IMG/VR virus record: IMGVR_UViG_3300043395_003024
Coordinates: 1 to 64,000 of that record
Reading direction: 5' to 3' (one strand)
DNA: 64,000 nt
DNA from: a virus
Under the pieces are notes generated by a model. It was not told the DNA's origin. It worked only from the letters and a program-made list of their open reading frames with translations, and did no database searches. How positions within the stretch are numbered: position 1 is the stretch's first letter; the number at the start of each line of letters is the position of its first letter. Below, piece after piece: positions 23,476-36,813 of the stretch. Position numbers and translations under genes: made by a program.

Positions 23476-23723
23476 TAGACCTCACCCTTTGCGTGGTCGC
23501 GAATATGCTCATCAACCTTTTTCTCTGTGCGCTCTACGCCCTTTTCGACGCGGTCAATTGAAATACCCAAGCTTTTACCTAGATTTTCAATCTTGTCAAC
23601 GACAAAGTTATGGTCTGCTTTGTTTTCTTCCCAGCGTCGCACGTCTGTGCGTCGACCCTTTTCTATAAGTGCAACAGATACGGCACTAATTAGGCCGATT
23701 ACAGCAATGAGTAGTCCTTCCAC
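23475..23723 (-). CDS. Single-TM coiled-coil lysis-associated protein (holin-like)
   Basis: N-terminal TM, KVDEHIRDH end; directly downstream of the endolysin. Confidence 0.65.
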   Translation of the reverse strand: MEGLLIAVIGLISAVSVALIEKGRRTDVRRWEENKADHNFVVDKIENLGKSLGISIDRVEKGVERTEKKVDEHIRDHAKGEV

Positions 23724-23738
23724 GGATATCTAGATGCC

Positions 23739-24332
23739 TCAGCCTTGTGCTTCTTTTGCTGCTTGACGTGCTTCATAGCGAGCCTTTACATCAGCCGGCG
23801 TTGCATCTCCGCAAACATACTGCCAGTGCCATGCTTCAAATTCTGGTGACTTTGGGTCATCTCCCTGTAGGTAAAAGCCGTACTTTGGAGCGTTTTCACA
23901 CATCCAATCAAGGCACTTGCCGCCCATTGAGGTCAATTTGCCGTTTACTTCATAACCAAGGTCGATAGCTAATCCAAATCCATGGTTTGACTTACCAGGC
24001 GATGAACTCGGCGCCTTCCCGGGCTTGAGAAACCACTTCTTGCCTTCGTAGTCGCGAGTAACTTGTGGCTTGCGACCTTCATCCTTGGTGCTGTAGCGGT
24101 CTTTGAACATCGCCAGCTGGTCCTCGAATGGTCGGAAATCTCCAACATTTTTGAGGACAAATCCTGCTTTTTCTGCGTCCACATACATTTGATTAAATGC
24201 AATAGCGGCCCATGTCCACATCCGGCCGCCTGTTTTCACTTTCTTTAGCATCGCGTCGGTTAACTTCCCGTTACCGACAGCTTCGCACTCCTTAGGAAGG
24301 ACGAGTTTTTTGTAAGGGTATTTTGAGGGCAT
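23739..24332 (-). CDS. Endolysin, M15 (VanY-like) Zn peptidase
   Basis: FR...Q, PGKSNHGFGLAID, EAWHW. Confidence 0.88.
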   Translation of the reverse strand: MPSKYPYKKLVLPKECEAVGNGKLTDAMLKKVKTGGRMWTWAAIAFNQMYVDAEKAGFVLKNVGDFRPFEDQLAMFKDRYSTKDEGRKPQVTRDYEGKKWFLKPGKAPSSSPGKSNHGFGLAIDLGYEVNGKLTSMGGKCLDWMCENAPKYGFYLQGDDPKSPEFEAWHWQYVCGDATPADVKARYEARQAAKEAQG

Positions 24333-24427
24333 TTTTCTTCCTTCCGAAAGACGCAAATGATGCTTGTTTCATCAATTGTACCCTAAAAAATAATGCTAAA
24401 AATAAATGCCTAAATAAAAATGTGGCT

Positions 24428-26839
24428 CTATTCTGGCTCTCGCATATGTAAGTACATTGCTGAAATAAATGCGAGAATAGATGACACAAGGGCAATTTTT
24501 TGTATTGTTCCGGAAAGAGTGAAGTACACAACTACAGAACCAGCAATTGTGAATCCGAGATTCAATACACCAAACCAAAATTTCTTGATGAATGCTTTCA
24601 AGCTGAACACTCTCTCCCCGTTAATAGTTGTATAGATACTTAAAGCAGCAACCCAGTCGACGCCATCCCCGGCTATCTCCCCGGCCATTTCCTGCTCTTC
24701 GTCTTCTTCATTCTTTTTGCCAGAACCATCACCAGATGGGCTTCCGCCACCGGTTCCGCCTCCGGAGCCACCGCTTCCACCTCCGGGACCAGGCATTCCG
24801 CCAGAAAGAGCCGTTGCAGCCGCAGTTGCTGTTATCAAGTTTACCGCAACTATTGTTCGTCTCTGTCCAACATCAATCGTCTGACCAACCATCTTGTATG
24901 TGTCAAAATTTCCACCAAATAGGTCGACAGTGTCCTCAAATGTTTCACGCACTTCCGCTGGCGCGTCTTGAACTGCATCAATAATTTTCAGTGCTTGTTC
25001 TTCTGTAAGAGAAGATTCGTCAATTGCGGCGAAAATTTCCTCAGCTTGTTCTGCCGTGACAGATTCAAGAACTTCTGGCGATGCAGCAAGTTCCGTAGCC
25101 AGTTCACTGTCCAGCGAGTCTGATTCTAGGAGCTTATCAACTGCTTCTACAATTTGTTCACCGGTAGCTTCCCCGCTGGTTAGAACGTCGACTATAGCTG
25201 CAGCTTCCTGTGGTGATATATCGCCAGACAGTGCTTCATCCAGATTTTCGGCACTTACGTCTTGAACATCTGGCGCTAGCGCGGCTGGGACTTCCTCAGT
25301 GACAGGTGGCGCATCTGTTGTTGAATTATCGGTATTGTCATTATTAGTAGAATTATTATATGAATCTTCTTCTAATTTCTCTGGTTGTGTTGTGCCTGTT
25401 GGGACTTGTGGTATTTGTTCCTCTTCTGGTTGTGCTGAAGGCGGTATGTCAGTTTGAGGCGTTTCCGATTCCGGAGGAAGAGTGGGAGTTTGACTGGTAG
25501 GACTCTCCGTAGTTTGGGGAGTTGTAGTGGTTGTCGTTTCAACGGCAGCAACTATCGTAGTTGTGGTACTGGTTGTAGTAGTACTGGTGGTTGTCGTCGT
25601 TGGTAAAGCTATTAATTCTACGTCAAAGCCACACCAGCCAAATAGCCAGTCTGAAGTTGTAATACCGTTTGCAGTGCTCCCCGGATAAGACTGATAGTAG
25701 GCAACATTTGTTGGTATAAGTGTTACCGTTTCACCAACAGCGGCAAGCCCAGAGTGCACCGCAACAACGCCAAAATCTGAATCGTCAGTGTACGGCCCAG
25801 AGCCCCATGCTGAACCATTTGTTTTACCTGTTGTAGTTATGTTTTCGTATGGCCCGCATGATGGAGGCAAAGTTGTAGTAGTTGTAGTAGTTGTAGTAGT
25901 CGTGGTAGTAGTTGTATTTGGTGTTCCGCCTGTATATTTGAGAACAACATATAAGCGCTTGTATGTCCCTCCACATGGGTCGCCGAATATCCCATTGCTA
26001 GCGCCTATTGAGGCATTTGATTTTCCAACCAATTCTTTAGATACCCTAAGTATTGAATTTGTAGCGTGGCAAGAACCTTGTAGGTATTGACCATTTGTTC
26101 CATTTGGTGTTCCATAGCTAGCGAATACAACCTGCGAAAAAACACCCCCACCCGGTGCGGATATTGATAAATTCCATCCCTCATTTGCCGTGGCCCACAC
26201 CATATTTTCAGATAGCGAATATGACGAGTTATTTGTTTTTGTTTCTATTGTGGAGCATGGTTTATCGCCCTGTGTTGCGTGACATGCTTGCCACCCAATA
26301 GAGGAAGACCAGTTTTCTATCCCCCTATAAAACTCTGCATTCTGGAGGAGTTCTGTACCGTCTACCTTTAGAGACGCCGATTCGATGGATGGTCCATAGT
26401 TGCCAGCCCAAAACTCGCCGTCATCTCCACCTATTGATATTCGTGCTGTTGTTACTTCGTTCCAGCCATCGCCGACAGATACCGCATCAATACTTATAGA
26501 AAAATCAGAATAACCACCAGACGACAATGAAAGCCATCCAGTGTTATGCGAGTAAATCCCACCGCCACCAGGTCCGTATAGGTCTATTCCTACGAAAACC
26601 CTGTCTGTGCCATATCCAAATTCTGCAGCCCTGGCTTTTGCTGTAATTGTGCTCTTACCAGAGAGGTCAACATTTACTTCTTGATATACAACAGTCTCAT
26701 TGTATGAAAAAATGACACCGTCACCTTGTTCGTCATTAACGGCTTTAGCTGAAGTTGGGAAGCAAACAGCAACCAGCGCAATTGCCACAGGAAGCCATAT
26801 AAGTAAACGAAACGCACTTATTGAACGTCTTGCCATCAA
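24428..26839 (-). CDS. Large membrane-anchored lectin-like protein (galactose-binding-like, SUEL/Gal-lectin and LCCL domains)
   Basis: Signal peptide; FASYGTP...SCHA...FGDPC..TYKRL; GSGPYTDDS...AVHSG; Thr stalks; acidic repeats; two C-terminal TMs. Confidence 0.75.
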   Translation of the reverse strand: MMARRSISAFRLLIWLPVAIALVAVCFPTSAKAVNDEQGDGVIFSYNETVVYQEVNVDLSGKSTITAKARAAEFGYGTDRVFVGIDLYGPGGGGIYSHNTGWLSLSSGGYSDFSISIDAVSVGDGWNEVTTARISIGGDDGEFWAGNYGPSIESASLKVDGTELLQNAEFYRGIENWSSSIGWQACHATQGDKPCSTIETKTNNSSYSLSENMVWATANEGWNLSISAPGGGVFSQVVFASYGTPNGTNGQYLQGSCHATNSILRVSKELVGKSNASIGASNGIFGDPCGGTYKRLYVVLKYTGGTPNTTTTTTTTTTTTTTTLPPSCGPYENITTTGKTNGSAWGSGPYTDDSDFGVVAVHSGLAAVGETVTLIPTNVAYYQSYPGSTANGITTSDWLFGWCGFDVELIALPTTTTTSTTTTSTTTTIVAAVETTTTTTPQTTESPTSQTPTLPPESETPQTDIPPSAQPEEEQIPQVPTGTTQPEKLEEDSYNNSTNNDNTDNSTTDAPPVTEEVPAALAPDVQDVSAENLDEALSGDISPQEAAAIVDVLTSGEATGEQIVEAVDKLLESDSLDSELATELAASPEVLESVTAEQAEEIFAAIDESSLTEEQALKIIDAVQDAPAEVRETFEDTVDLFGGNFDTYKMVGQTIDVGQRRTIVAVNLITATAAATALSGGMPGPGGGSGGSGGGTGGGSPSGDGSGKKNEEDEEQEMAGEIAGDGVDWVAALSIYTTINGERVFSLKAFIKKFWFGVLNLGFTIAGSVVVYFTLSGTIQKIALVSSILAFISAMYLHMREPE

Positions 26840-26874
26840 TCCTCCGATACACCCGGAGTAATTTTACAGCAAGA

Positions 26875-27453
26875 TTATTTATTGTTTATACACGTAACGG
26901 CAAAGTGCCAGTGCCAGTGGCCAACGACCGGCCATGTAATTTCGCCATCTTTCCATGTTTTACCTAGGGGATTCTTTGGTATTACGTCAAAAACGTCTGT
27001 GATATCAGAAAAACCAGCAGAATCTAAAAGGCTTACAACTCTTTCATGATGACAATTCCAGTGGTGGTGTGCACCATCCCACCATTCGAGACCAGAAACT
27101 CCCTGGTTTTCAATATCTAAATGCTCGAGCACCGACATAACCATTTCCCATGGCTCATGTCCGGCTGCCCACCTCTTAATCGTCTTGAATACGTCCGGGC
27201 CGCAGATTAAAAATTTTGCATCTGGCTTTGCAATGCGCTTCATGTCGTGAAGGAACTCCGGAACCTGCTTCCACGGAATATGTTCAAGTACATGCCCAAG
27301 AAAGACAGCGTCGAAAAAGTTATCGTCAAACGGGTAAGGTTTCCCGGGTTCAACCCGAACATCGGGCCTGGTGTCGTCTGTTTCCCAGGTATCGGTGTTT
27401 ATCCAGCCTTTTGCGTAATGGGTGCCGCATCCGGCGTTTAGATAATTGCTCAT
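26875..27453 (-). CDS. SAM-dependent methyltransferase (type 11-like)
   Basis: LNAGCG, PFDDNFFDAV..HVLEH, RIAKP. Confidence 0.85.
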   Translation of the reverse strand: MSNYLNAGCGTHYAKGWINTDTWETDDTRPDVRVEPGKPYPFDDNFFDAVFLGHVLEHIPWKQVPEFLHDMKRIAKPDAKFLICGPDVFKTIKRWAAGHEPWEMVMSVLEHLDIENQGVSGLEWWDGAHHHWNCHHERVVSLLDSAGFSDITDVFDVIPKNPLGKTWKDGEITWPVVGHWHWHFAVTCINNK

Positions 27454-28265
27454 ACGTTATTTCCGCCATCTATTGGGAAATACCATCCATCATTATGCTG
27501 TAGCGCTTTAGGCATGTCTTGGCGATGGTTAATGCCAGAATAATGCGCAATAAGAGACTTGCGCGGAATGGTGAAGTTATTTGGCTTAGCGCCTCGATGT
27601 AGTAGCCGACCGTGCCAAAAAAGGACGTCCCCTCTTTCTGGGAGATATGTAAGAACTTCCGCGTTTCGTCTTTCTATTTCATGTTCAAAAATCGGAGTAA
27701 GAACATCCTCACTAAAACGCGGCCACCTATAGTCTCTTTGGTCTTCTGGTAGGGCTTTTAATATTTTTTCCTGAGTTACGGTTGGCCATCTGTGGGAACC
27801 GGGTATTAGCTGAAAAGGCCCAGAGTCTGGATGGATTGTCTCAAGTGCAATCCAAATTGCAGCATAATAATCTCCAACATGTGGAGGGTTTAAATATGTG
27901 TCTTGGTGCCAGTTTCGTGTTGTCGTTACCCATCCAGTCAAGTTCAGATGAGTTGCTGCAGGTTCCCCGAGTAGTTCCTCTAAAGTTTCTGCAACACCCT
28001 TATAAGTCAGGATATTCATTACTTCTGGGTGCCTTCTGTACGGGGTACAGTCGGGCCACCCGCCAGGTCTTGTCATGCTGAACTTTCCGTCAACGTATTC
28101 GGCATTGTTTTCAATCCAACAAGCCTCATAGTCCTGCATAAGGCTCTCGGGTATTAAGTTCTTTTTTATAACGAAACCATCATCATTCCAGTCTGAAGGT
28201 CCAGGTTCTGGGGCTGGAATTGTTAATTCCGCATACTGTCTTTCGAGTTCTTCTGCCGATTTCAT
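27450..28265 (-). CDS. PhyH-family Fe/2OG dioxygenase
   Basis: WHQD, IWIALE, GP...IPGSH, GDVLFWH..L.HRG. Confidence 0.88.
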   Translation of the reverse strand: MKSAEELERQYAELTIPAPEPGPSDWNDDGFVIKKNLIPESLMQDYEACWIENNAEYVDGKFSMTRPGGWPDCTPYRRHPEVMNILTYKGVAETLEELLGEPAATHLNLTGWVTTTRNWHQDTYLNPPHVGDYYAAIWIALETIHPDSGPFQLIPGSHRWPTVTQEKILKALPEDQRDYRWPRFSEDVLTPIFEHEIERRNAEVLTYLPERGDVLFWHGRLLHRGAKPNNFTIPRKSLIAHYSGINHRQDMPKALQHNDGWYFPIDGGNNV

Positions 28266-29353
28266 ATGTTCTCCTTGATAAAAGCCATTGTTGCATCCCA
28301 GTCATCACCGCGAGCATCCATAGAAAAATCACGTAATAGCGAATAATTTTCGTTTATATCATCCAGCCTCTTGACTGGATTGAGGAGTTCATCGAGATGA
28401 TAAATCCATTCTTTTTCTGTTCTCGCTATTCTCCCTATTCCTTTATCAGATAAATACTGATATTCCGGCGAGTATGAAGAAATGAATGGAACTCCAGCCG
28501 CTGCGTATTCGAGACCTTTTATAAAAGATTTTGCGTGATTGAATTTAATATCATTTAGAGGGATTATGCCTATATCAATCGGAAGCATTAGGTTTGGATA
28601 CTCCAATATCGGGACCATAGGCAATTTTCTCGCATAATCATCATGAACATTTAAAAGTCGATGCGCCATTGGTGCGTTGTCGTTGTGTCCAGAATGATGA
28701 AATAAAAGATTATGTTTTTTAATATATTTACCAAAAAACGGAGCAAGTTGCTCTAGGTCATTTGACCTCCAGTGGGTTGCCCCAACCCAACCAATTTTTG
28801 TTTTTCTATTCGAACGGAACTGTTTTTTACGCCAGCGGTCTAGGTCTATTCCATTTCGTACCATAAAAACATTGTCACGTTTTTTCCCGTAGTACTCAAA
28901 TAGAAATGGCGTTGATGTTATTACTGCATCTGCCGCCATAATAATTTGCGCGTAGATTTCCCTGTTTGAGTCTGGGTTATTCTTTGGGTCTGTTGCCTCA
29001 AACGCTCTATTCGATTTAGAAAGACCATCAAACCAGTCGTCAATATCTACAACAATTTTTTGCCCCATAGCCTGAGCTTTTGGTATTGACTCAAGTATTT
29101 CTTTTTGCATCAATAGTTTTAAGACAATTATGTCCCACCCATGGACGGCCCTTCCGCCGTCAACGAGCATTCCAAAACCGCGCTGTTGATTGAACCCGGG
29201 GAAACCAGTAGCGGAAAACCACCCACGTTTATTTAGTTCCTCGGACGGAAGCTTGCATCGATACCAGGCGCATCCATTTGGCTGAAGAGGGGCAGTACCC
29301 CATGCCCAATCATGGGTTAAAAATGCGACTGTTGGTTTCTGTGGCTTTTGCAT
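28262..29353 (-). CDS. Glycosyltransferase (GT-B)
   Basis: DIDD, IGWVG, DIGIIPL..FNHAKSFIKGLEYAAAGVP. Confidence 0.88.
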   Translation of the reverse strand: MQKPQKPTVAFLTHDWAWGTAPLQPNGCAWYRCKLPSEELNKRGWFSATGFPGFNQQRGFGMLVDGGRAVHGWDIIVLKLLMQKEILESIPKAQAMGQKIVVDIDDWFDGLSKSNRAFEATDPKNNPDSNREIYAQIIMAADAVITSTPFLFEYYGKKRDNVFMVRNGIDLDRWRKKQFRSNRKTKIGWVGATHWRSNDLEQLAPFFGKYIKKHNLLFHHSGHNDNAPMAHRLLNVHDDYARKLPMVPILEYPNLMLPIDIGIIPLNDIKFNHAKSFIKGLEYAAAGVPFISSYSPEYQYLSDKGIGRIARTEKEWIYHLDELLNPVKRLDDINENYSLLRDFSMDARGDDWDATMAFIKENI

Positions 29354-29505
29354 AAAATCAAGTCAATACTAGTAAAACAGTGATGTATCTATCCATAAAT
29401 AGATATAAAGATAATTCATAAAGTCGTTTAAATACTTGGACCGTTAAGTACTGCTCATAATCTACAATCTTTGTGAAGCTGTTTAATTTGGAGGCATTCT
29501 TCGCA

Positions 29506-29889
29506 ATGTTGGCCGGCAACTACAATATGACGTGTCAACAGGGGTCGACGTTTTCGCGCACCATAGAGATAGAACAGCCAGACCTGGCATCCGACCCAAC
29601 AGGAAATACATTTATCCCTTTTGACCTATCTGGATACACGGCAAGGATGCAGGTCAGGAGAACTATTGATTCTTCTAATGTTTTGCTTGAATTAACGACG
29701 TCAAATGGCGGGCTAACAGTAAATCCAATTGAGGGCGACACAAATAAAATATTTCTTTACGCCTCAGCCAACGTTACGGCATCTGTATCGACCAGTGGCG
29801 TGTACGACATAGAGATTATTAGCGCCGAAAATATCGTGTCAAGAGTCCTACAGGGAACTTTTAACCTCAGTCCAGAGGTAACTCGATGA
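29506..29889 (+). CDS. Virion structural protein (tail-associated)
   Basis: QGSTF...DLSGYTARMQVR...GVYDIEI...RVLQG. Confidence 0.7.
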   Translation: MLAGNYNMTCQQGSTFSRTIEIEQPDLASDPTGNTFIPFDLSGYTARMQVRRTIDSSNVLLELTTSNGGLTVNPIEGDTNKIFLYASANVTASVSTSGVYDIEIISAENIVSRVLQGTFNLSPEVTR

Positions 29890-30194
29890 GCGACGTCCCC
29901 AATAATGTAATCATAAATGAAGACACGGCAAATAGGGTTATCGTAAACCAGGATGCCCCAAATCAGGTTGTTGTTCGGCTCTCCGCAAATGGTGGCAACA
30001 CAAGAAGACTAGTGTACAGCCAGCCAGTGGCGTCTGATACTTGGCTAATTACGCATTCTCTGGGTGGAAGACCGTCAATAACCGTTGTTGATACTGCAGA
30101 TACCGTAGTTATTGGTGAGGTAACATATATTAGTGATTCCCAAATAAGGGTGGAGTTCACATCGGCATTTTCAGGATTCGCTTATCTGACCTAA
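29886..30194 (+). CDS. Tail-fibre-associated protein
   Basis: WLITHSLGGRPSITVVD motif. Confidence 0.65.
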   Translation: MSDVPNNVIINEDTANRVIVNQDAPNQVVVRLSANGGNTRRLVYSQPVASDTWLITHSLGGRPSITVVDTADTVVIGEVTYISDSQIRVEFTSAFSGFAYLT

Positions 30195-30206
30195 AGGCAA
30201 GGACAA

Positions 30207-31535
30207 ATGGCAACAAAATTCGTAACAAATCTTGACCTAAATCAGAATCAGATTCTGAATGCAACATTTGAGGTCCTTGCATCTGACCCGAATACAAATC
30301 TGTTCGACGGCCGCATGTACTTTAACAGCGTCGATGGGGTTATTAAGGTTTATGACGCAACTGCAGCAGCATGGCGAAAGATTGTTGCTGGAATTGGTGC
30401 TGATGCAGGCGTTGTGTCTGGCGGCTCATATTCAACAGCATTGACAATTACTGAGTCCGGCGGTCAAATAACAATTACGCCAAACCTTGCCACTTCGGCA
30501 AGTGCTGGTTTGATGACGTCGTCTGACTTTACTAAACTCGGCGATGCAACATCTGAGGCAACGGCTAGCAAGCTTGTTATTCGTGATGCCAGCGGCAATA
30601 TTAAAGTTGCTACGCCAACCGACTCGGCACATGCTGCTACAAAGGGGTATGTAGATGCCGCACGGTCTGGTCTTGATGTTAAGCAGTCAGTACGAGCCGC
30701 AACTACGGGCCCAGTCAACCTTGCTAACCAACTTGAGGCCGGCGATACTCTTGATACAACTGTAACTCTCGTTGCAGGCGACCGTGTCCTAGTAAAGAAC
30801 CAGTCAACAGCTTCGGAAAACGGTATCTATGTTGTTCAGTCGTCCGGGGCAGCGGTTCGCGCTTCTGATGCAAATGGCACGCCAGATACTGGGGAGATGT
30901 CTGGTGGAACCTTTACATTTGTTGAGGAAGGAACAGTAAACGCCGATAGTGGCTGGGTTGTTACGTCAAATGGTGCAATAACAGTCGGAACTGATGCGAT
31001 TAACTGGGCACAATTCTCCGGCGCTGGACAAATAACAGCTGGAGATGGTCTTACCAAGTCCGGCAACACTATTAATGCGGTTGGGACTTCTGACAGAATT
31101 ACCGTCAATGCTGACAGCATTGATATTGCATCAACATATGTTGGTCAGTCTTCAATAACAACAGTTGGGACAATTACTTCTGGTACGTGGAATGGTACAG
31201 ATGTCGCCGTTGCAGACGGTGGTACTGGTTCTTCAACAGAGTCTGGAGCAAGAACAAACCTGGCGTCCGCATCTGGGGAGGCCACTGGAAGGACTACAAG
31301 CACACCATCACTAGCAAGAGTATCAAAGCAGGGATGTGCAGCGTCCTCGGCTGGAGTCTCGAGCACAACTGTTACCCATAACTTCAATACAACAGACGTA
31401 ATGATTCAGGTGTACGAGGTTTCAACCGGAGCAACTGTATTTGCAGACACAACTCGCGCAAATGCAAATACTGTTACAGTTGTAATGAATGGAACAATTT
31501 CGGCTAACGATTACACAATCGTTGTAACTGGCTAA
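30207..31535 (+). CDS. Tail fibre/structural protein
   Basis: AATKGYVD, GDRVLVKNQ....NGIYVV, THNFNT. Confidence 0.8.
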   Translation: MATKFVTNLDLNQNQILNATFEVLASDPNTNLFDGRMYFNSVDGVIKVYDATAAAWRKIVAGIGADAGVVSGGSYSTALTITESGGQITITPNLATSASAGLMTSSDFTKLGDATSEATASKLVIRDASGNIKVATPTDSAHAATKGYVDAARSGLDVKQSVRAATTGPVNLANQLEAGDTLDTTVTLVAGDRVLVKNQSTASENGIYVVQSSGAAVRASDANGTPDTGEMSGGTFTFVEEGTVNADSGWVVTSNGAITVGTDAINWAQFSGAGQITAGDGLTKSGNTINAVGTSDRITVNADSIDIASTYVGQSSITTVGTITSGTWNGTDVAVADGGTGSSTESGARTNLASASGEATGRTTSTPSLARVSKQGCAASSAGVSSTTVTHNFNTTDVMIQVYEVSTGATVFADTTRANANTVTVVMNGTISANDYTIVVTG

Positions 31536-31543
31536 GGAAAAAT

Positions 31544-31732
31544 ATGAAACTTACGGCACAACAAAAAGCTATGGTGGCGTCTTACGCGAGAAGCGTAATT
31601 GGTGCAGCAGTTGCAGCCTACGCGGCAACAGGCGACCCCAAGGCTGCGTTGAATGCGTTGTGGGCCGCACTTCTCCCTGTTGCTGTGCGGTATTTCAATA
31701 AGAATGACGCAGCATTCGGTAAAACAAAATAA
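31544..31732 (+). CDS. Small holin-like membrane protein
   Basis: Two hydrophobic helices; SYARS...PVAVRY.N..D..FG. Confidence 0.6.
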   Translation: MKLTAQQKAMVASYARSVIGAAVAAYAATGDPKAALNALWAALLPVAVRYFNKNDAAFGKTK

Positions 31733-31776
31733 TTTTTAATTCCCTCGAGGGGGAATAGTAGGAAGCGATTGAGGTC

Positions 31777-36046
<4,270 letters not shown>

Positions 36047-36047
<1 letters not shown>

Positions 36048-36811
36048 TGCCTGCTATTACTTTTCCTTCATCTCCATACACGAATCAGATTTACACCGTC
36101 GGCTCTAAGAGTTGGCAGTGGGATGGCTCGGTTTGGGTTGCTTACTATAACGAAGGGTCGGACATTGTGTATGGCAGCGGCTCGGATGGCGACGCGACCC
36201 TAGACGGAACGACAACAGTTCTAGGAATGGCTCCATCGGCAAGTGTTTATTCAATGACGCGAGATATGTTCTTTAACGACTTAACAATAAATACAAGCTG
36301 CCGACTTGCTCCAAATGGTTATCGAGTTTTTGTTAAGGGAACTCTAAAGTTCGGTGGAACAAATGCGACCATAGGGTATACATCTGGTTATTCAACTTCT
36401 GGCTCGATAGCGCAAGGAGGAGCAGCTGCCACTGCTGTAACACATTCACTTGGTGGTTCCGCAACTGGATACACAGCCACTGCCCCAACTGACGCAATGG
36501 GGGGTTCGAACTATTTTAGAGTGGCTCATCAGGCTATTACTGGTTATTCAGTCACAGCATCTGGCGGACCGACATTTTTGCGTGGTGGCGCGGGTGGCTC
36601 TGGACAGGCTGGCGGAGGAGTTGTGATAGTCGCTGCTAGATATATTTCTGGACCTTCATCCGGAACTGCATACATAAAAGCTCCAGGTACTGCTCCAGCA
36701 GGGGGAGGAGTAATCATTGTAGTTTCTTCAGGCTCAGCCCTTCCAAGCGGAGTATCAACTGATGTCACTGGTCAAAATGCAGGAACATACATCTATATCA
36801 CGAGGGTATAG
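36047..36811 (+). CDS. Gly-rich fibre-associated protein
   Basis: N-terminus shared with 34437 (FP.SP...Y...K.WQWDG); body paralogous to 36814. Confidence 0.8.
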
Positions 36812-36813
36812 CC

